A stretch of DNA of 64,000 nucleotides. Source: an uncultured bacterium (GTDB lineage: Bacteria > Omnitrophota > Omnitrophia > Omnitrophales > Aquincolibacteriaceae). The position numbers were made by a program, and so were the translations under genes. Shown here in pieces: positions 59,601 to 64,000 of this stretch. The DNA lies in the NCBI GenBank assembly GCA_964482725.1, contig CAYZYT010000003.1:116010-180009 (forward strand). Direction: 5' to 3'. Below the pieces are notes generated by a model. It was not told the DNA's origin and searched no databases. It saw only the letters and a list, made by a program, of their open reading frames with translations. Every line of letters begins with the position of its first letter. Position 1 is the stretch's first letter.

Positions 59601-62600
59601 GAACAACTATTGGTACAACGAGACGAATACGGTGGGTATCGGAAATACCACTTCCGCCAACGTAACGAAAGCCGCGTCCTCATCAGCCCTGACGAGTTCT
59701 AGCCACGCGGTTTATTCGGGATGGGATTTTGATGCGGATGGTGTTTCGGCTGGACATAACGGCAACTGGATCATGGCGGGCCTTCCGCATCTGCAGATGG
59801 AATGGACGACAAGTATCACGAATGCCGCCGAACTCCAGATGATGGCCCTCAATCTCGATGCTTCCTATGTGCTCGCCGACAACATTGATGCCTCCGGGAC
59901 CGCGACCTGGAATTGGGACGGGGCAAAGTATCTCGGATTTGATCCGATAGGCAGAAGTGCGCCATATTTTACGGGAACTTTTGACGGACAAAATCACACG
60001 ATCGCGGACCTTGCTATCAATCGGCGAACTGAAACCATGGTCGGTCTTTTTGGGATGACGAGCGGTGCGGAAATTCGGGATGTTGGCCTTGTGGGTGGCA
60101 GCGTGAGTGGCCATGGTTTTGTCGGTTCATTGGTTGCGGTCCATTCTGCGAGTTCAATCATTACAAACGCGTACTCGACGGCTGATGTGATCGGCACTTG
60201 GGCTGTGGGTGGCCTAGTGGGCAATAATCAGGTAGGTGCGAGCGTTGTCGATTCGTACGCGGCTGGGGACATCCACGGTAGTTACAACCAGATTGGGGGT
60301 CTGGTCGGTCATAATGTTAGTTCGAGTATCACAAATTCTTACGCGACTGGCAATGTGACCGGTGAAGGGAACGAAGTTGGCGGTTTGGTTGGGAATAATG
60401 AATTGGGTGCGAGCATTACCGACTCGCATGCTACGGGCAGTGCAAGTGGGGTCGATAGTGTCGGGGGTTTGGTGGGAATGAATGAGGATGAGGATTCCCT
60501 TATTACAAATTCCTATGCTACGGGCGATGTAAGCGGTACGACCAATTTTGGCGGTCTTATTGGACTTAATGTTGCAAGCGGGATCACGGGGATTACCGAT
60601 TCTTACGCTCATAAAGTCTACAACGCCCTCGATCTGCAACTCATGCGGTATGACCTCGATGGTAACTTCACACTTCAGAACAATATCGATGCTTCGGCGA
60701 CCTCGACCTGGAACTCCGGTTCCGGTTTTGTCCCCGTCGGCGATTTTACTAATAAATTTTCCGGATCACTCAATGGCCTTGGCCATAAGATCAGCGGCCT
60801 CTTTATCAACCGATCGACGACAGACAACGTGGGCTTGTTTGGAGCTACGTCAGGAACGGCGGTGCTGAGTAACATCGGCATGGTGGGGAGTAATTTCCTC
60901 GGGAAACGGGAGGTGGGGGGATTGGTCGGCTATCATCTGGGGGCGATCAGCAACTCTTACAATGCTGGGACTCTCTCGGCTGCGGGTGTGTATCTTGGAG
61001 GATTGGTCGGCTACATGGCCGGCGGGTCGATCACCGATTCGTACAATACGGGAACTCTTTCCGGGCTTCAGGCCGTCGGAGGACTGGTCGGGTATAGTGC
61101 CGGTTCCATTACTCGTTCTTATAATTCCGGAAGTGTGACCGGCACCGATATCAATATCGGCGGTTTGGTGGGGAGTAACACGGGCGCGATCACCAATTCG
61201 TTTAACGCGGGGCATGTCACCGGCGTCACCACTTCGACCGGCGGCGCGATCGGCCTTCAGAGCAGTGGTGCGCTTACCAACAACTGGTATGTCGACAGTT
61301 CCGATACCGGGATTACCTGGGGAGTCGGCAGCAACCATACCGACCCCAGCGGCATCAATAAGCAAGCCGGTGCAACGATCGATGTAGCCAAGGCCGCTTT
61401 CTATTCCTCCGGACATACGGTCTATTCGGGATGGGATTTTGATATGAACGGTATTTCAGCGGGGAATGACGGGACCTGGATCATGGCCGGCCTGCCGCAT
61501 CTTCAGAACGAATGGACCACGACGATCACGAATGCCACCGAACTCCAGATGATGAACTTGAATTTTTCTGCCCATTACACTCTCGCCAATGATATCGATG
61601 CCTCCGCGACTTCGACTTGGAATGGCGGTCTCGGTTTTAAACAAGTGGGGTACACGACAGGAAACCAGTGGAGTCCTCCGAACAAGCTGTTCACCGGAGA
61701 ACTGGACGGCGGGGCGCACACGATCACGGGGCTGACGATCGATCGACCGGCGGAGTCCTATGTCGGGTTGTTCGGAGCGACCAGCGGAGCGACGGTCAGT
61801 AACATCGGGCTCCTGGACGTCGACATCACCGGTTACATGTCCGTCGGCGGTCTTGCCGGTTCGAGTGCCGGCGGCAGCAGCATCACCAATGCCTATGTCA
61901 CTGGGATTGTGACCGGGGATATGAGCAACCAGTGTTTTGGCGGGCTTGTGGGGGTCAACGATACCGCCTCTTCCATTGCGAATTCCTATTCGACGGCGGC
62001 GGTCGTAGGCGGGGATCTTGCGGGCGGTCTGGTGGGTTTTAATGACATCGGTTCTACGATCACCAACTCCTTCTCCACCGGAATCGTCACCGGCGGGTGG
62101 GGCATTATCGGCGGCTTTGCCGGTGAGAATGACGGCACGATCACCAATTCTTTTTCAACCGGCGCCGCGACGGGGGCAGGAACGGTGGGCGGAATGCTCG
62201 GGTATGTCAGCGGCGGCACGCTGACGAATAACTGGTGGTTTAACGAGACGAATCGAGTCGCGGTCGGCAATGCGTCTCCTGCCGGCGTTACCAAAGCCAG
62301 CGGCTATGGCGATTTCTACGGGACGGGTTCGGGCACCGGTGGCGCGGTGTATAACCCCGCGGCCAGCAGTCCGTGGGTGTTCGATGCTTCGAATTGGTCC
62401 GCGTCGCTCGACGATATGGATAGCGACCTCTACTATCCGTCCCTTGCTTTCGAGAATAAAGTTTACACAAAGATCTCGGATGAAGCGGGCCTCCGAAATC
62501 TTCATGAAGGAAATCTTGCCGGCAATTACTATCTCGGTGCGGATATTCCGCTCACCGCGCCTTTTACAAGCGACATCATCGGGAACAGTACGACGCCTTT

Positions 62601-64000
62601 CACCGGCATGTTTCTCGGCCACGGCCACACTATCTCAGATCTTGTGATTGACACTTCGAGCAGTAATTCCGGATTATTCGGCAAAACATCCGGAGCGACG
62701 CTCGCCGATATCCAGCTCCTCAACGTGGATGTCTCGGGAGGTAATTCCACCGGGAGTTTGGTGGGTTATAGTGATTTCTCTTCCATCACCTCCAGCTATG
62801 CGACGGGTAGCGTGAGCGGGGCAGACTCCGTGGGTGGTTTGGTCGGCGTGACTAACTACTCCGCCATCGCCTCAAGCTCGACCGGGGGGAGTGTGAGCGG
62901 CGTGAGTTCCGTGGGCGGTCTTGTGGGTCTCAATTGGTCGACGCCTGTCACCTCGAGCCATTCTTCGGCAACCGTTAGCGGTAGCGGCGACTGGACTGGT
63001 GGCCTCGTGGGTTATAACAATTCCTCAGCGATTACCGCGAGCTACGCGACGGGAAATGTTACAGGCGGCGTCAGGGAAGCCGGCGGTCTTGTCGGGCGCA
63101 ATATTGATTCAAGTTCAATCACCGGTTCCTACGCTTCGGGAACGGTTCAGGGTGGCGATGATACCGGGGGCTTGGTCGGGAAGAACTGGGATGCTTCTTC
63201 GGTCACTTCCAGCTATGCCACGGGAAGCGTCAGCGGTGAGAACAGCGTGGGTGGCCTGGTTGGGCGTAACTGGTCGGACAGCGGGACAAGTTCTATCACC
63301 TCCAGTTATGCTTCCGGGAGTGTGATGGGTACGACGAATGTCGGGGGTCTGGTCGGTGAAAATTATGATTCTTCCATCACCAGTTCTTTCAGTACTGGAT
63401 TGGCGAGAGCGTCGGGAAGTGACGAGAGCGGTCTGATCGGGTATTACTGGAGCGGCACGCTGGCGAACAACTGGTGGTTTAGCAGTAATATCTCGGGAGT
63501 TTGGCACACGACTCCCACGGGCGTGACTAAAGCCGCGTCCGCCGAAGCCTTTTTTAATTCCACTCATTCGGTTTATACCGGCGCCAGTCCCTGGGATATT
63601 GCATCCACTTATGACGGATCGGTCTGGGCGCTGTCGGGGAATAATGGCGCGTTCCCGCTTTTGCAGATGCGGTATTCCACGGATATTTCGGATGTCACGC
63701 AACTGCAACTTATGTATCTCGATCTCGATGCTTCTTACACTTTAGCCAATGACATCGACGCTTCTTCGACCGCAACCTGGAACGTTGGCAAAGGGTTTGA
63801 ACCGGTGGGGACTTCGGCCGGAGACCCTTGGGATGCTCCTGTGAACCCATTCATGGGAGATCTTGACGGTGGAAGACATACGATCTCAGGTCTTACGATC
63901 AACCGTCCGACGGAGGACTACGTCGGATTATTTGGCGCGACAAACGGATCCATGATCACCGATGTGGGGTTGGTGGGTGGCAGCATCAGCGGTCATAATA
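50617..64000 (+). CDS. Giant secreted filamentous-haemagglutinin-like protein with GLUG-motif beta-helix modules (3' end outside window)
   Basis: Frame 1 reads open from ATG 50617 to the window end. Signal peptide KKAVALATAFVFLWSMCITPVMA|ETIN; TPS-like N-domain (FNV..G, SNIFG, LIAST, N.G.I....G.VALAAG); at least 11 modules LQ.M..DL...Y.LANNIDAS....WN.G.GF.PVG...F.G.FDG..H.I..L.I...VGLFG followed by VGGLVG repeats. Confidence 0.92.
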   Translation, partial: MKNKNVVDQLWECSDSKRGMGNGERSANFELQKTDQRLETAAWNFGTCDKRLVYESPVSSLLSRVVFKKAVALATAFVFLWSMCITPVMAETINVQGGSIDVNVQDNTTNWNVQGNPVWNVPEFNVAQGNIYNIAGLNQGSSLALLVNGGSASNIFGTMNLSNLDFILQNIAGINIGGSAMINLSNASLIASTLPLNLSTTDFLSRDYQFSGQGGFLMNAGKIVGTNADLVALVANAIENRGTIEVPMGTVALAAGNTVTVGISPDGMVSIGVDEATANKMGLKDQIKNSGSITADGGRVVLNAQAMDGLFDKAISIERSGNSVDAVRADNGTVDFQSMDDVFNDAVIKASGGTVKIASTQGAVMNAGTLEANKGKVEVTAAQEVTNKAKIEAIEGAIKIISEKSDVVNQGTMKADKGEIKIASTQGAVTNAGTVVAAKGKVEVVAAKDVTNQATVQADEGSIIVVSTKRDVVNQGTMKSEKGEVKITSTQGNVTNAGTVAADHGKIEVTAKKDIVNDAIMSGVGGEIKVNSTEGAITNKGTLKADDGAIRLTAAQTVYNKKLMDARQGKIEVESVKSDVVNEGTMAAEKGEIKVTSLEGKITNAGIMQAQSGNIKLTAEQAVYNKMLIEALGGKVEVTSKKAEVTNDGTLDAVGGKVALTAAGAVETKGVLKAAEVTERGASFKMGGRVEVGTMDMDNLDNRADIAALAELSGVFSDEDDITVLGDFSLVGDTTIWTDSNVTGTDGTLTWDADHTVTGNGHDLTLKVSKNSTVGAITGVDLLTLDKNTDKTPTYTGSTANDISVNTFKTMNGVTFSKTVTGRDGLAANTAFLVYDVTQLQGMANDLDAFYEVANNIDASETSSWNAGAGFDPVGNVDPGTEFTGTFDGANHTISDLKISTSSDNVGLFGYISGAGAMISDIRLLNVAVAGGTYVGGLVGFNAGGSVDNAGSNGTVSGSNVGGLVGQNEGFISNSYGGGTLSGGNVGGFVGYNTGTISYSYSTGSVSGGNNVGGLVAVNSGPISYSYSNADVFSSNSSIGGLVGNNSFATISNSYSTGRVFGGQYVGGLVGINDNGFVNNSYSTGNVVGSGSYYSNGQYIGGLVGGNWYGSVTDSYSTGSVSGGIRVGGLVGMNDWSSINNSYATGNVSGNTASNNLVGPLTGTQGTINNSYYVSGTASNSGGGTVNTYGTGTDTVANFQNPAHTALVYTAGASPWTFNASNWKVVTYDDDYPYLTFEENVNTAAQLKAISGGDLTARYRQGADIDLTSVDFTSYIIGNTTAFTGTYNGNGYTISNLTISAPTTDNVGLFGSTSNATILSNIHLQNVDISGQSSVGGLVGSNSGAFISNSSVSGIVSSTGDYVGGLAGSSFGSISNSYSSGSVTGGGDYAGGLVGSVFFSTLSNTYSTSSVSGHDYVGGLVAYSEGITILNSYSTGNVSGASYVGGLQGFSDGSIDNSFSTGRVTATGSYVGGLVGGNWSTITNSGWYDNAGDSATYAIGSASADITYNVGKAGTDGGGKYYYASSDSTWFFDSSKDIYDTGATPWDIAATHDGSAWAMSGSNSAFPLLQMRYSTTITDAVQLQLMFLDLAGNYTLANNISAAETSTWNAGLGFDPVGDSTNEFRGIFDGNSKVITGLTINRETESYVGLFGQTSAATISDIGLSDVNVKGLEFTGGLVGYNYNSTIENSFSAGTVTGADASSQIGGLVGKNDSSGEITHSYSTGTVTAGSGSYRVGGLVGYAGSTSNINDSYSTADVTGVGDSSYLGGLLGFNNGGAIASSYASGTVTGGVGSYNMGGLVGTNYNGGTINKSYSTGAVTGNDDSYQLGGLVGQNGTAGAASVVSNSYSTSNVTGGSNSYRLGGLVGENSSSDITNAYSSGTVAGADGTSQVGGLVGFNNSGDVTNSFSAGAVTGGTGSDHIGGLVGDDVTGTYVNNWYVSTSQGISNKADVVGEVSKETDGASAFFDSAHPVYWLNGIPSGTAAWDIHTTYNASNIWAMQGTGEMLPMLQMRYATDITDAVSLQLMFLNLAGNYTLANNIDASETATWNAGLGFDPVGNNAGRFTGSFDGNGYSISGLIIDRTTDHTGLFGYAQSSNSFTDVNLTGVSITGANNVGGLIGTSDGVSVSGSSVAGAVSGSGQQIGGLIGFMTEGILSDSYTTASVTATGTSDSVGGIVGGLTAGTIERAYASGDISGYGNVGGIAGYADTSSTIKNVYSTGHVTGTSWCIGGIVGWFDSSTLENSYASGRVEGGSGDSGDVGGLVGTNKSTSTVKNSFATGLVTGQTDVGGAIGDNASATNVNNWWYSATAQGVGAGSASGVSQETNGAAAFYDPSHPVYNGTTTWDFATPVWVETANTYPLLAFQFTVISTPEQLEAVSSGNLAGYYRLGDDIDLAGIDFTPYMIGNDATAFSGIFAGAGHTISNLSINSGSNNVGLFGYTNGARFSNIGLINTDVTGTGYATGGLVGVSYYSAIAHAYSLGTVTGSFITGALVGYNFSSPISNSYAASTVVGYQTTGGLVGSNSYSDISNSYSTGTVTGTGTGGGDYSTGGLVGWNEASTIFSSYSASAVTGAGYSTGGLVGWNGYAIISNSYSVGPVIGTGYATGGLAGVNNLSEITNSYSAGTVAGNNAAGGVVGFNRYSTITNSFATGRVDGSLYIGGLVGDDFSGTYANSGWYKDPAGDAVYAIGDTSTDATYNVGKSGTDSGDLHYFSTATPSWFYDKTQDIYDTGATPWDFDADGVSAGHNGNWIMAGLPHLQNEWTDTITNVAQLQMMALDLDANYTLANNIDASDTVNWNAGLGFDPVGYSTIVNSMDHPYTGNFDGNSHTITGLTINRPTEDFVGLFGGISGNVHDVGLTNVSVTGAAYASGLVAMNLGTIDKSYSQGAVSGSDAVGVLCGYNGYLSGSISNSYSTGTVRTSWRDVGGLVGTNAGIILNSYSSAAVTGGSLTTSGGLVGYFPAGSISNSYATGIATGPSNVGGLIGYYSAGTLTNNYWYNETNTVGIGNTTSANVTKAASSSALTSSSHAVYSGWDFDADGVSAGHNGNWIMAGLPHLQMEWTTSITNAAELQMMALNLDASYVLADNIDASGTATWNWDGAKYLGFDPIGRSAPYFTGTFDGQNHTIADLAINRRTETMVGLFGMTSGAEIRDVGLVGGSVSGHGFVGSLVAVHSASSIITNAYSTADVIGTWAVGGLVGNNQVGASVVDSYAAGDIHGSYNQIGGLVGHNVSSSITNSYATGNVTGEGNEVGGLVGNNELGASITDSHATGSASGVDSVGGLVGMNEDEDSLITNSYATGDVSGTTNFGGLIGLNVASGITGITDSYAHKVYNALDLQLMRYDLDGNFTLQNNIDASATSTWNSGSGFVPVGDFTNKFSGSLNGLGHKISGLFINRSTTDNVGLFGATSGTAVLSNIGMVGSNFLGKREVGGLVGYHLGAISNSYNAGTLSAAGVYLGGLVGYMAGGSITDSYNTGTLSGLQAVGGLVGYSAGSITRSYNSGSVTGTDINIGGLVGSNTGAITNSFNAGHVTGVTTSTGGAIGLQSSGALTNNWYVDSSDTGITWGVGSNHTDPSGINKQAGATIDVAKAAFYSSGHTVYSGWDFDMNGISAGNDGTWIMAGLPHLQNEWTTTITNATELQMMNLNFSAHYTLANDIDASATSTWNGGLGFKQVGYTTGNQWSPPNKLFTGELDGGAHTITGLTIDRPAESYVGLFGATSGATVSNIGLLDVDITGYMSVGGLAGSSAGGSSITNAYVTGIVTGDMSNQCFGGLVGVNDTASSIANSYSTAAVVGGDLAGGLVGFNDIGSTITNSFSTGIVTGGWGIIGGFAGENDGTITNSFSTGAATGAGTVGGMLGYVSGGTLTNNWWFNETNRVAVGNASPAGVTKASGYGDFYGTGSGTGGAVYNPAASSPWVFDASNWSASLDDMDSDLYYPSLAFENKVYTKISDEAGLRNLHEGNLAGNYYLGADIPLTAPFTSDIIGNSTTPFTGMFLGHGHTISDLVIDTSSSNSGLFGKTSGATLADIQLLNVDVSGGNSTGSLVGYSDFSSITSSYATGSVSGADSVGGLVGVTNYSAIASSSTGGSVSGVSSVGGLVGLNWSTPVTSSHSSATVSGSGDWTGGLVGYNNSSAITASYATGNVTGGVREAGGLVGRNIDSSSITGSYASGTVQGGDDTGGLVGKNWDASSVTSSYATGSVSGENSVGGLVGRNWSDSGTSSITSSYASGSVMGTTNVGGLVGENYDSSITSSFSTGLARASGSDESGLIGYYWSGTLANNWWFSSNISGVWHTTPTGVTKAASAEAFFNSTHSVYTGASPWDIASTYDGSVWALSGNNGAFPLLQMRYSTDISDVTQLQLMYLDLDASYTLANDIDASSTATWNVGKGFEPVGTSAGDPWDAPVNPFMGDLDGGRHTISGLTINRPTEDYVGLFGATNGSMITDVGLVGGSISGHN

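Noticed and set aside
58825-59783. Diversity-generating retroelement TR/VR pair
   Set aside because: The duplicated blocks are identical or differ mainly at synonymous positions rather than specifically at adenines, and no reverse transcriptase is present.
50728-63708. Many 60-200 aa ORFs listed in the track over the last 13 kb
   Set aside because: All are off-frame or antisense to the single giant frame-1 gene.
1-64000. tRNA, rRNA, prophage, integrase or transposase genes
   Set aside because: No T-loop/cloverleaf or rRNA signatures and no mobile-element protein motifs seen.

Overview
Chromosomal region of a diderm bacterium with moderate GC. Gene content and repeat style suggest Ca. Omnitrophota/PVC, but this is inference only. 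About 46 genes are supported, 45 of them on the + strand. In order: the end of a TerC gene; a divergent membrane pyrophosphatase (only minus-strand gene); a KimA-like K+ transporter with a USP domain; a LacI-type sensor domain lacking its HTH; a diadenylate cyclase; glpK-glpD; an ABC-F ATPase; recN; SUI1; a 6S-like RNA candidate; tatD-tcdA; a MarR/TolC/MacAB/MFS efflux operon; glgB; a cobalamin riboswitch with btuB-tonB-btuFCD-cobO; fchA-folD-panB; a pseudo-REC-GGDEF-MshEN fusion; several small or secreted proteins; hemG; two B12-binding radical SAM enzymes coupled to psd-pssA-lysE; DUF4912 plus a GH57 branching enzyme; and a giant filamentous-haemagglutinin/GLUG-repeat gene (at least 4,460 codons, open at the window end and missing from the ORF track). 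Many intergenic gaps carry palindromic elements of several families, some with 7-nt periodic arms, and several sit in frame inside proteins. I saw no tRNA, rRNA, CRISPR array, transposase, integrase or reverse transcriptase.
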